Shown here: positions 30,175-39,093 of the stretch, piece by piece
Layout: the number at the start of each line of letters is the position of its first letter
Numbering within the stretch: position 1 is the stretch's first letter
Program-made: the position numbers and the translations under genes
Notes under the pieces: model-generated
Seen by the model: the letters and a program-made list of their open reading frames with translations, nothing else
Told to the model about the DNA's origin: nothing
The model's database searches: none
Origin: Parachlamydiales bacterium
GTDB lineage: Bacteria > Chlamydiota > Chlamydiia > Chlamydiales > Rhabdochlamydiaceae
Length of the DNA: 64,000 nt
NCBI GenBank assembly: GCA_027316765.1
Contig: DAHVFY010000002.1
Location: 1,493 to 65,492, forward strand
Direction: 5' to 3'

Positions 30175-32741
30175 TGGGTAGAGCATTGATCATTGTGGAA
30201 TCTCCTTCTAAAATCAAGACTCTAAAAAAATTTTTGGGACCAGAGTATATTTTTGAATCATCGCTCGGTCACATCCGCGATCTACCGGGTCGTGGATTTG
30301 GCATTGATATCGAACACGATTTTGAGCCTGAATATGTGACGCTTCCTGATAAAAAAGAAGTGATCGATAAATTAAAAAAAGCTGCTAAACAAGTCGACGT
30401 TGTCTATCTCTCGCCCGATCCTGACAGAGAGGGAGAAGCGATTGCCTGGCACATCGCTGCGATTCTTCCACCTGGAACTAAAATTAAACGCGCAACGTTC
30501 AATGCGATCACAAAAGAGGCTGTACTCGACGCCTTAGCTCATCCTCGTGACATTGATCAATCACTTGTAGATGCACAGCAAGCGCGCCGGCTTCTTGATA
30601 GAATTGTTGGCTACAAAATCTCTCCAATCTTGACAAGGCGTGTCCAAGGGGCTCGCGATGGGGGCCTATCAGCTGGTAGAGTTCAATCGATTGCTTTAAA
30701 ACTTGTTGTGGATCGAGAAGCTGAGATCACAGCTTTTACACCTGTTGAATACTGGAATATTGGAACTCTTCTTGGCCACAAAAAGGGGGAAGCACCTTTC
30801 CGCGCTTCATTGCATTCTGTCGAAGGCAAAAGAGTTGAGAAGGAAGCAGTACTCGGAAAAGATCTCTACTTAATCCCTAATAAAGAAACTGCGGACAAGA
30901 TTGTTTCAAAACTCAAAGAAGCAACCTATACCGTTCAACACATCGAAAAAAAAGAGAAAAAGCGCAATCCTGTTCCTCCTTTTATCACCTCAACGCTGCA
31001 ACAAGAAGCAAGTCGGCATTATGGCTTTTCAGCAGCGCGCACGATGAATATCGCTCAAGGTCTTTATGAGGGTATTGACATGGGCAATGAAGGAACTGAG
31101 GGTCTTATCACTTACATGCGTACCGATTCGGTCCGGCTTGCGCCTGAGGCTATCGAAGCTGCACGCGGTTATATCAACAAACACTTTGGTAGAGACTATC
31201 TTCCAGATCAGGGTAAACAATATTCAACAAAGAAAAGCGCTCAAGATGCGCATGAAGCCATTCGCCCAACTAACCTCAACCACCCTCCGGAGGTCATCAA
31301 AGAATTCCTATCTCCTGACCAATTCAAACTCTATCTTCTCATTTGGCGCAGGTTCATCGCATCACAAATGAATCCAGCAATCTACGATACGGTGTCCTAT
31401 GACGTTGCAACAAATAAAAATCTGCTTCTTCGCGCTACGGGCTCTGTCATCAAATTCCCCGGTTTTCTTGCTGCATACGAAGAAAAACAAGATAAGGGAC
31501 ACGAAGAAGAGGAGGAGGGAAAACTTACATTACCGGTGCTTGTAGAAGGACAATCTCTTAATCTTTTCGAGGTGCTCTCTGAACAGGCTTTTACAAGACC
31601 TCCTCCTCGTTTTACAGAAGCCTCTCTTGTTAAAGAACTTGAAAGATTGGGAATTGGAAGACCCTCTACATACGTCGCCATCATGAATAAAATCCAAAGC
31701 CGCGACTATACGACCAAAGAAAAAGGCACTCTAAAACCCACAGAGCTTGGCATTGTCATCGCAAAAATGCTAGAAGAAAATTTCAAGATGATCATGGATA
31801 TCACGTTCACGGCAACTATGGAAGATGATCTTGAAAATGTCGCAGAGAGCAAAAAAGAGTGGAAAGAGATTATCCGTCAATTTTGGACAAACTTCTTTCC
31901 GCTTGTTGAAGCTGCAGAAAAAGATGCCTTTGTCCCTAAAATTCTCACAGATATCGACTGTCCAAATTGTGGAAAAAAACTTCAAAAAATCTGGTCGAGA
32001 AAAAAATATTTTTACGGATGCTCCAACTATCCTGAATGTAATTACACAGCGCCGCTAGAGGCTCTTGAATTTAAAAAAGAAGACTATGATCCTGGATTTG
32101 ACTGGGAGCAACCATGTCCTATATGCAAAGAAAAAATGATCCTTCGTTTTGGTAAATTTGGTGCTTTTCTCGGTTGCAGTCGCTATCCTGAATGTCGTGG
32201 TATTGTCAATATTCCTAAAAAAGGGGAACCTCTTCCCCAAGAAATGCCCACATGTCCAGCTCATGGCTGTGATGGCAAAATGACGCAAAGAAGATCTCGT
32301 TTTGGAAAAATATTCTTCTCCTGCTCCAATTATCCTGACTGCGACGTAATTGTTAACGATCTTGATGACCTTGAAACTAAATATCCTGATCACCCTAAAA
32401 CTCCTTATGTCAAAAAAGAGAAGAAAGGTGCTAAAAAAGGAAATTCTAAAGCAAAAACTTCTGAAAAGTCAAAATCGGCAAAAAAGAAAACGGCATCAAA
32501 ACGGCAACAACCAACTCTTAAACTCTCAGCAGAACTACAGGCAGTTGTCAAAGATGCGGAACTTCCACGCACTGAGGTTGTCAAAAAAATGTGGGACTAC
32601 ATCAAAGAAAACAAGCTTCAAGATCCAAAAAATAAGCGCATCATCCTTCCCGATGCAAAACTTGCAAAAATTTTTGGCTCTAAAAACCCCGTTGATATGA
32701 TGAAACTTGCCGGACTTCTTAGCCCCCACATGAAAAAATGA
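30174..32741 (+). CDS. topA: DNA topoisomerase I with three Zn ribbons, a Lys-rich linker and a C-terminal SWIB domain
   Basis: It has a TOPRIM domain (IIVESPSK, DPDREGE), the active-site region YMRTDS, three CxxC...CxxC ribbons, and a KK-rich linker followed by SWIB. Confidence 0.95.
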   Translation: MGRALIIVESPSKIKTLKKFLGPEYIFESSLGHIRDLPGRGFGIDIEHDFEPEYVTLPDKKEVIDKLKKAAKQVDVVYLSPDPDREGEAIAWHIAAILPPGTKIKRATFNAITKEAVLDALAHPRDIDQSLVDAQQARRLLDRIVGYKISPILTRRVQGARDGGLSAGRVQSIALKLVVDREAEITAFTPVEYWNIGTLLGHKKGEAPFRASLHSVEGKRVEKEAVLGKDLYLIPNKETADKIVSKLKEATYTVQHIEKKEKKRNPVPPFITSTLQQEASRHYGFSAARTMNIAQGLYEGIDMGNEGTEGLITYMRTDSVRLAPEAIEAARGYINKHFGRDYLPDQGKQYSTKKSAQDAHEAIRPTNLNHPPEVIKEFLSPDQFKLYLLIWRRFIASQMNPAIYDTVSYDVATNKNLLLRATGSVIKFPGFLAAYEEKQDKGHEEEEEGKLTLPVLVEGQSLNLFEVLSEQAFTRPPPRFTEASLVKELERLGIGRPSTYVAIMNKIQSRDYTTKEKGTLKPTELGIVIAKMLEENFKMIMDITFTATMEDDLENVAESKKEWKEIIRQFWTNFFPLVEAAEKDAFVPKILTDIDCPNCGKKLQKIWSRKKYFYGCSNYPECNYTAPLEALEFKKEDYDPGFDWEQPCPICKEKMILRFGKFGAFLGCSRYPECRGIVNIPKKGEPLPQEMPTCPAHGCDGKMTQRRSRFGKIFFSCSNYPDCDVIVNDLDDLETKYPDHPKTPYVKKEKKGAKKGNSKAKTSEKSKSAKKKTASKRQQPTLKLSAELQAVVKDAELPRTEVVKKMWDYIKENKLQDPKNKRIILPDAKLAKIFGSKNPVDMMKLAGLLSPHMKK
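32520..32738 (+). other. SWIB/MDM2 domain fused to the TopA C-terminus
   Basis: The sequence is LSAELQAVVKDAELPRTEVVKKMWDYIKENKLQDPKNKRIILPDAKLAKIFG...MMKLAGLLSPHM. Confidence 0.85.
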
Positions 32742-33793
32742 AAGAAAGAGGAAACTCGGTTTTACGATGGCTTGATCGCTACTTAGGAATTCCTCTTATC
32801 TTTGCTTTGGGCTTTTTCAAGCGAAAAAAAAGGCTTCGAGCACAAGAGCGCATCGGAATCCTTATCTTAGGAGGCATCGGAGATACTGTCCTTCTAACAG
32901 CTCTACTGCAAGATCTTAAAGGAAAAGAGATTACACTTTTTACAAGTCAATCAAATGCAGAAATAGCACGTCTCATTCCTGGGGTCAATGTCGTTCCTCT
33001 CACTCTCTTTCTTCCTTACTGTTCGACAAAAAAAATTCGAAAAACTCACTTTGACGTCTGGATCGACGTCAATCCTTGGCCAAGAATCAACGCCTTTTTT
33101 TCTTTTTTTGCAAAAGCTGATTTCAAGATTGGATTCAAAACTAAAGGGCAATATCGTCATTATGTGTATGATCACGTAGTGGAACACTCAAATACCTGCC
33201 ACGAACTTGACAATTTACGCGCTCTTTTCAAGATCCTTTCTCTCAAAACAGCACATCTTCCCTTTATTCCCACTGGGGAAGGGACGCCATCTCCTCAGTT
33301 AATTGCGCTTCATCTCTACGCTTGCGGCGCGCGCGCACATCTCAAAGAATGGCCAGAAAAAAACTGGGTCCAATTAATGCATTGTTTACTAGAAAAGGGC
33401 TTTTCAATTGTGTTAACAGGCAGTCCATCTGATCGACATCGATTGGAGCTTATACGATCAAAATGCCGCCTTCAAGAAAAAATAGAAGTGGCAGCCGGCA
33501 AGCTAAATCTTCGTGAAACGGCATCTCTTCTCAAAAGTGTTCGCGCAACCATTAGCATTGATACAGGAATCATGCATCTTGCAGCAGCGGTAGGATCCCC
33601 CGTCATCTCTCTTCACGGTCCAACTTCTCCCAAGAGATGGGGCGCTATTGGTAAAATGGTGGTTCCCTTAACGTGGAAGGAGAGCTATGCACCTTGCATT
33701 CATCTTGGATTTGAATCCACTTGTTCCTCTAATCGATGCATGGAAGAAATTAAGGTGATCGATGTCATCAGCGCTCTTTCTACGACCTGTTGA
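32738..33793 (+). CDS. Glycosyltransferase family 9 (heptosyltransferase-like), copy 2
   Basis: It contains ILILGGIGDTVLLTALLQDL, DTGIMHLAAAVGSPVISL and a Cys-rich C-terminus. It overlaps topA by ATGA. Confidence 0.7.
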   Translation: MKERGNSVLRWLDRYLGIPLIFALGFFKRKKRLRAQERIGILILGGIGDTVLLTALLQDLKGKEITLFTSQSNAEIARLIPGVNVVPLTLFLPYCSTKKIRKTHFDVWIDVNPWPRINAFFSFFAKADFKIGFKTKGQYRHYVYDHVVEHSNTCHELDNLRALFKILSLKTAHLPFIPTGEGTPSPQLIALHLYACGARAHLKEWPEKNWVQLMHCLLEKGFSIVLTGSPSDRHRLELIRSKCRLQEKIEVAAGKLNLRETASLLKSVRATISIDTGIMHLAAAVGSPVISLHGPTSPKRWGAIGKMVVPLTWKESYAPCIHLGFESTCSSNRCMEEIKVIDVISALSTTC

Positions 33794-34776
33794 GGTTGTA
33801 TTCTTTTCATACAGAGATTGTTTTGGCAGCGTGCATAGGCTTTTCCATCATAACAAGGAGAACACTTCAATCCTTTTCCCCCAAAAAGAACATCGCAACT
33901 TTCTGCTACAACTTCGATAGGATTTGTAGGTCCAAAAAGAGCGAGCGTTTTACACCCACTAACTCTTGCTAAGTGAAGTGGCCCTGAATCATGTGTGATC
34001 ACAAGCTGGCATCTTTTATAAAAGGCGACAAGGTCTAAAAGAGTGGTTTTTCCAATCAAATTCTCAAATTCAAGCCCTGAAAAATGAGGAAGCACCCATG
34101 CGTCTTCCTCAGCCCCTGTTACGGCAACTGGAATCCCCATTTTGGAAAATCTTTTAATGAGGTCAGCATAATATTCAATGGGCCATCTTCGCAGCGCATC
34201 ATCTCTTAGCAAATTTTTCGCACCGCCTGGAGCCAATGCAATGGGAGCTTTTCGTGCGATATCATACAGATGTTCAGGAAGTGTGCACTGGATTTTAGGA
34301 AAAATAAGAGGATGATCTTCTTCTAAAGAAGCAAGTCGTAAATATTCACGCGATCTACATGCTCCTGAAGCTGGAGATGGCGGTTTTTGCTTTCTTGAAA
34401 AATGGCGATGCATCGTCTTGCGCACGCCTCTTGCAAGCCAAAGATAACGAGGATCGGGATGAGCTGTCAGCACAAGATCAAAAGAAAAAAGAGACAATTT
34501 TTTCCAAAGACCCAATACTTCTACTCCTTTTTGCCAAAGGTTTCCACAAAACAGCTTCCTCTCATCAATGAGAATCAGTCGGTCAACAAGACCTGTTGCT
34601 GCAACAAGGGAAGATGCAACTTTTCCAACAACCCATGTGATCTTGATTTCAGGATTTTGCTTTCGAAATGATGTAAGTAAAGGAAGCGCTGCTATGACAT
34701 CGCCAATTGCTGCGATTTTGATGATAAGCACGCTCTGTAACCGAGAGTGATCGCCATATGAACCCATACATAACAC
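33700..34776 (-). CDS. Glycosyltransferase family 9 (heptosyltransferase-like), copy 3
   Basis: It contains VLIIKIAAIGDVIAALPLL, HDSGPLHLARVSGCKTLALFGPTNP and CSPC...C...C. Confidence 0.7.
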   Translation of the reverse strand: MLCMGSYGDHSRLQSVLIIKIAAIGDVIAALPLLTSFRKQNPEIKITWVVGKVASSLVAATGLVDRLILIDERKLFCGNLWQKGVEVLGLWKKLSLFSFDLVLTAHPDPRYLWLARGVRKTMHRHFSRKQKPPSPASGACRSREYLRLASLEEDHPLIFPKIQCTLPEHLYDIARKAPIALAPGGAKNLLRDDALRRWPIEYYADLIKRFSKMGIPVAVTGAEEDAWVLPHFSGLEFENLIGKTTLLDLVAFYKRCQLVITHDSGPLHLARVSGCKTLALFGPTNPIEVVAESCDVLFGGKGLKCSPCYDGKAYARCQNNLCMKRIQPQQVVERALMTSITLISSMHRLEEQVDSNPR

Positions 34777-35984
34777 CGAAAAAGCCCGGGATTAAACTGC
34801 AACACCAAGATCATGACAAAAAGAGAAATAAAGAGCGAGCGCGCAATGCTTGCTTCTTTTTCTGGGAGCTCCTCGATTTTTCTGAAACTGATTCTCACAC
34901 TTTTTGCAAGCAACATAAAGGCTAAAACACCAAGAAGACCAAGTCCTGCAAGAATTTCTGTTGCGCTATTTGTTGGATCGTATTGCTCAGACTGCTGAAG
35001 GCTCAAACCAAACGAACTTTCGGGAAACACACCCACTTCGTTGCGATAAAAAAGATAAGGGCCTATCCCGCCGATGCCAACGCCAAGAAAAGGATGCTCG
35101 CAAAAAACGCTCCAAGCATTGACAATTCCTATCCATCTTTCTGAAAAAGAATGATGCATAAAAAAGTTGGAAACAAAAAATTTAAAGAAAAAAAGAACCA
35201 TTTGAGGAGCTAATAAAAAAAGCGCCACAAGAAAAGAACTAATACCTAAAACAAATGTTATAAATCTTTTATAAAAATGTTTTGTGCGCGGGGTTAGAAA
35301 AACGATAAGCGCAAGAAAAAAAATATAAGCAAACAAAGCACTCGTTGCAGTTGAAATTAAAAAAAGCACATTCACAAAAAGCAACTTAAAAAAACTCTTC
35401 TTTTCAGCTGAGAAAAAATAAAGAGCATTCATAAACATCACAAAAGCACACATATAAAGTGCATAAAACGAAGGTTCATAAGAAAGGCCATGGGGGCGTG
35501 CGAGACCTCCATCTATAAACTGTCGCAGCAAAGGAAGATAGATCCCCATCATCGAAAAAACGAGCTGACAAAGGGCATAAACTCCCATCACAACGAAAGA
35601 AAAACAATAACAATTCAGAATTTTTTCTCGATCAAAATGAAACAGCAAAGTGAATGGCACTAAAAAATAAACAGCAAATTCAAAGAGATACACAGCAACG
35701 TATCCTAAACACCTCTCCACATAAATACTACCCAAGGAGGAAAGAGTGAGAGAAAAAAAAATTCCAACAAATGGAAAAATTATCTCTTTCGGAATCACAA
35801 CTCCTCGTCTAGAAAAAACAAGGAAAATAAAAAGGGCTACTGCAAATAGATGATTAACTTTCATCTTGAAAAGGGCGACTTCCACGTGTAACACGTCTAT
35901 CGAAAGCGTCACAAAATAACAAAACACCAGGATATAAAAAAGATTGCGCCCGCATCCTTCTCTTTTTTCTAAGGCATCACTCAT
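34692..35984 (-). CDS. Multi-TM O-antigen ligase / Wzy_C family protein (WaaL-, Wzy- or PglL-like)
   Basis: It is highly hydrophobic with a late loop SERWIGIVNAWSVFCEHPFLGVGIGG...NSATEILAGLGLLG, which resembles the Wzy_C periplasmic loop. Confidence 0.55.
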   Translation of the reverse strand: MSDALEKREGCGRNLFYILVFCYFVTLSIDVLHVEVALFKMKVNHLFAVALFIFLVFSRRGVVIPKEIIFPFVGIFFSLTLSSLGSIYVERCLGYVAVYLFEFAVYFLVPFTLLFHFDREKILNCYCFSFVVMGVYALCQLVFSMMGIYLPLLRQFIDGGLARPHGLSYEPSFYALYMCAFVMFMNALYFFSAEKKSFFKLLFVNVLFLISTATSALFAYIFFLALIVFLTPRTKHFYKRFITFVLGISSFLVALFLLAPQMVLFFFKFFVSNFFMHHSFSERWIGIVNAWSVFCEHPFLGVGIGGIGPYLFYRNEVGVFPESSFGLSLQQSEQYDPTNSATEILAGLGLLGVLAFMLLAKSVRISFRKIEELPEKEASIARSLFISLFVMILVLQFNPGLFRCYVWVHMAITLGYRACLSSKSQQLAMS

Positions 35985-36699
35985 CGAACACTCTCTGATG
36001 AAGAACTACAGAAGTGGGAGCATCGAGGCGAAGACGCCCTTCTTCAAGCCAAAGAGTACGGGGACACAGAAATTGAAGAAGATCTAGCTGATGACCCACA
36101 AAAAAAAGTGTTCTTGTGCCTTGAGCGATCACTTCTTGCATTTTGCTTAAAGCTTTTTTCTGAAATGAAACGTCCCCAATAGAAAGAACCTCATCGATGA
36201 TGAGCACTTCACTTTTTAAATGCGCAATCACAGAAAAAGCTAAACGCAAGAACATACCACTTGAGTATTTTTTTACGGGGGTATCTAGAAAGGGCTCAAT
36301 CTCAGCAAAAGCGACAATCTCATCAAAGCTACGTGTGATCTCATATTTTCTCATTCCTAAAATTGCACCACTTAAAAAAATATTTTCTCTTCCTGTAAGT
36401 TCTGGATGGAACCCAGCGCCCACTTCCAAAAGAGCCCCCACTCGTCCCTGTACAACAATCTCCCCAGATGTAGGTAAAATTACTCGTGAAAGGAGTTTTA
36501 AAAGTGTGCTTTTACCAGCCCCATTCTTTCCGATGATCCCAATAAGTTCTCCCGGACTTACTTTAAAATTGACATCTTGAAGTGCAAAAAGTGATCGAAC
36601 CTTCTCTCTTTTATTCCACAAATGCGTAAGCTCTTCTTTCATTGTCTCTCTACGAGAAGACAAAGGAAACATTTTACTCAAATTTTTGACAATGATCAT
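35977..36699 (-). CDS. Polysaccharide/O-antigen export ABC transporter, ATP-binding subunit (Wzt/TagH/KpsT-like, short form)
   Basis: It has Walker A GKNGAGKST, signature YSSGM, Walker B LIIDE and an H-loop. No C-terminal carbohydrate-binding extension is present. Confidence 0.8.
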   Translation of the reverse strand: MIIVKNLSKMFPLSSRRETMKEELTHLWNKREKVRSLFALQDVNFKVSPGELIGIIGKNGAGKSTLLKLLSRVILPTSGEIVVQGRVGALLEVGAGFHPELTGRENIFLSGAILGMRKYEITRSFDEIVAFAEIEPFLDTPVKKYSSGMFLRLAFSVIAHLKSEVLIIDEVLSIGDVSFQKKALSKMQEVIAQGTRTLFFVGHQLDLLQFLCPRTLWLEEGRLRLDAPTSVVLHQRVFDE

Positions 36700-37520
36700 T
36701 AAATTACATCTGCAAAAGTACGTTCTAGTCGCTCAAAGACTACCATTCCAGTAAAAAACACCACAAAAGAAATCACCAGGGCAATTGTTAAATGCAACGT
36801 AGGGAAAGTCGTCATACCCAAAATAGCAAAACGAAAGCTTTCAGCAAAGCCAACAAGAGGATTGAGAGCAAATAACGTTTGCCATTTTTCCGGTACCAAA
36901 CTAAAGGAATAAAAAAGAGGAGAGGCATACATAAGAAGCTGTAACATGAATGGAATCACATGAATAAAATCTCGATAATGAATGTTCAAAGCAGCCAAAA
37001 ACACAGCAACTCCCGTGGCAAAAAGAACTTCAGCCAAAACGAAAGGAAAAATAAGGAGCATATGCCAGGTGAAAGGAACGCCGTATATAGGAAGTAAAAT
37101 AAGAATAATGCAAAACGCTACAAGAAAATCAACAAGCATTGCAGCAACACTTGCAAAAGGGATAAGCAGTCTTGGAAAATACACTTTAGAAATCAAGCGA
37201 GCATCTCCCAAAAGACTATTTGATGCGCGTTGCACAATCTGAGAAAACAATAACCATACCAGCATCCCAACAAAAGCAAAAAGAAGATATGGAGTTTTTT
37301 CAGGGATAGAAAATTTGGCAAAAGATCCAAAAAGAAGGCTAAAAAGCAGCGCTGTTGCAAGTGGTTGCAAAACAACCCAAGCGATGCCAACTGCCGTCTG
37401 CTTGTATTTGAGTTTGATGTCTCTTTGCACAAGAAGAAAAAAAAGATCGCGAAACTCCCACAACTCAAGAATTGCAGGAAATCCCCATCCATTTTTTGCA
37501 CAAATGCGGCGAGAGGTCAT
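36699..37520 (-). CDS. ABC-2 type polysaccharide export permease (Wzm-like)
   Basis: It has six hydrophobic segments and the N-terminal LVQRDIKLKYKQTAVGIAWVVLQP motif typical of ABC-2 exporters. Confidence 0.75.
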   Translation of the reverse strand: MTSRRICAKNGWGFPAILELWEFRDLFFLLVQRDIKLKYKQTAVGIAWVVLQPLATALLFSLLFGSFAKFSIPEKTPYLLFAFVGMLVWLLFSQIVQRASNSLLGDARLISKVYFPRLLIPFASVAAMLVDFLVAFCIILILLPIYGVPFTWHMLLIFPFVLAEVLFATGVAVFLAALNIHYRDFIHVIPFMLQLLMYASPLFYSFSLVPEKWQTLFALNPLVGFAESFRFAILGMTTFPTLHLTIALVISFVVFFTGMVVFERLERTFADVI

Positions 37521-38083
37521 AAAATTAAAGTATCGATCATCGTTTGAAGGAGAAAATGATGCGCAAGATCTACAAGCGATTCATCGTGTGCATCAATCCA
37601 AAAGTTAAGGTCCCCGGCTTCTCTCAAAGGATTGCTGCTCTCAAAACCGCTTAAAGTAATGAGAAGAGAACCTTTTTCTCGCGCCTCTTCTACAGCGTGT
37701 AAAATATTTGTCGATTTACCTCGCGTAGAAATCGCAAAAAGAAGATCTCCTTCTTTTAATAAGGTCCGAAGGGGATGGCGATAGGCTTCTGCATAGCCGT
37801 AATCACTAGCTATTGTCGTAATCCCTTGAGCATCAAAAAGCGGAAACGCAGCTATATGTGAATTTTTCAGTAGATGTGTGCAAAATTGAGAAGCGATTCC
37901 ACCGCTTGGTCCATTTCCTACTGCGTATACGTGTTTACGTTGTTCTTTAACCTGAGAAAAAAAAGCTGTTGATAACTCCATTGCTTCATCAAGATCTAAC
38001 AGATCATCTTGAGTTGTACAAACGCAGTTTTGAATCGCTCTCCCAAATTCTTCCAATTTTTTATTAACGAGAGTAATCATCAT
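37517..38083 (-). CDS. gmhA: SIS-domain sugar-phosphate isomerase, GmhA-like (sedoheptulose-7-phosphate isomerase)
   Basis: It contains VYAVGNGPSGGIASQF, ITTIASDYGY and LLFAISTRGKSTNILHAVEEAR. Size and block order are as in GmhA. Confidence 0.55.
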   Translation of the reverse strand: MMITLVNKKLEEFGRAIQNCVCTTQDDLLDLDEAMELSTAFFSQVKEQRKHVYAVGNGPSGGIASQFCTHLLKNSHIAAFPLFDAQGITTIASDYGYAEAYRHPLRTLLKEGDLLFAISTRGKSTNILHAVEEAREKGSLLITLSGFESSNPLREAGDLNFWIDAHDESLVDLAHHFLLQTMIDTLIL

Positions 38084-39093
38084 AAAACGAATGCCTCTTG
38101 TAGTACTTGTATAATATTCTTCCCCTCTACACTCCTGCAGAAAGGATTATCTGGCTTCCAAAGCCTTTGCAAATTGGGCGCCAGAACGAGATTTGGTGTT
38201 TTAAAACTACTAGCAATATGCATCACCACTGTGTCTGTACTAACCATTAATTTAGCCTTTTGAATTGAAAATACAAGCTGCTTCCATGTCAGTTGATCAC
38301 AAAGAGAAACTCCATAACCCGTTTGATCGATCAGCTTATCGATATTCTCTTTTTCTCTACAACCCCTTCCTGTCAAAAAAAGAGGATAATGACGTCTAGC
38401 AAAATATTCTATTACTCTTTTCCAAACGGTAAAGGGTTGTTCTTTTTTAGGATTCCCACTGCCCACATGAAGAACGACAAAAGCCTCAGGTAAATCAAAA
38501 GGTTCTCCTATAAGAAATGGAAATAGATCCTCTTTTATTCCTAACAGATCGGCATAGTAATGCGTGATCGATTGCGATTTTTCGATCCAAAGGAAAGGAT
38601 CCGTAAGCAAGGGACCAAAACCTCCACTTGTATAACCCACTCGGCAAGGAATTTCAGTTTTAGATAGAAGATGAATAGCGTTTGGAAAGTAAGGATAAAG
38701 ATCTATTGCACAATCATAATTCGTCGCTTGAATCTCCTGAATCGCTTTTTTTTTCATCTCAAAATAGCGAAACACTTTTTGCGGAAAGGAAAGAAAAGAA
38801 CGATTCAACTTCCAGTGATCGACAACATGCAATTTCGATACCAAAGGATTTCCTTCAAGCACATCTTTCGAGCCACTTCCTATAAGAAATCCTATCTCAG
38901 CTTCCGGATAAATTTTTTTTAAAGGTTTAAGAACGCTTGTAGCAGTGACAACATCTCCCATATGAGCTAAATTTGCAAGAAGGATCTTTTTTGGACTCTC
39001 TAATTTTTTTAAAGGAACTTGGCTTAAGAAAGTATCGCAACCCTTAAGAAATGTCAGCAGCAACGGGTTCTTTACTAAGTAATTGGGTCTCAC
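38080..39093 (-). CDS. Glycosyltransferase family 9 (heptosyltransferase-like), copy 4
   Basis: It contains ILLANLAHMGDVVTATSVLKPLKK and STDTVVMHIASSFKTPNLVL. It overlaps uvrB by 4 nt upstream and gmhA by 4 nt downstream. Confidence 0.7.
   Translation of the reverse strand: MRPNYLVKNPLLLTFLKGCDTFLSQVPLKKLESPKKILLANLAHMGDVVTATSVLKPLKKIYPEAEIGFLIGSGSKDVLEGNPLVSKLHVVDHWKLNRSFLSFPQKVFRYFEMKKKAIQEIQATNYDCAIDLYPYFPNAIHLLSKTEIPCRVGYTSGGFGPLLTDPFLWIEKSQSITHYYADLLGIKEDLFPFLIGEPFDLPEAFVVLHVGSGNPKKEQPFTVWKRVIEYFARRHYPLFLTGRGCREKENIDKLIDQTGYGVSLCDQLTWKQLVFSIQKAKLMVSTDTVVMHIASSFKTPNLVLAPNLQRLWKPDNPFCRSVEGKNIIQVLQEAFVL

Noticed and set aside
36197-36580. A 127-aa plus-strand ORF lies antisense to the ABC ATPase gene. 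Similar antisense ORFs lie in trmH (2188..2508), putA, topA and the wzm-like gene.
   Set aside because: All are embedded opposite genes with strong conserved motifs. None has motifs or ribosome-binding context of its own.
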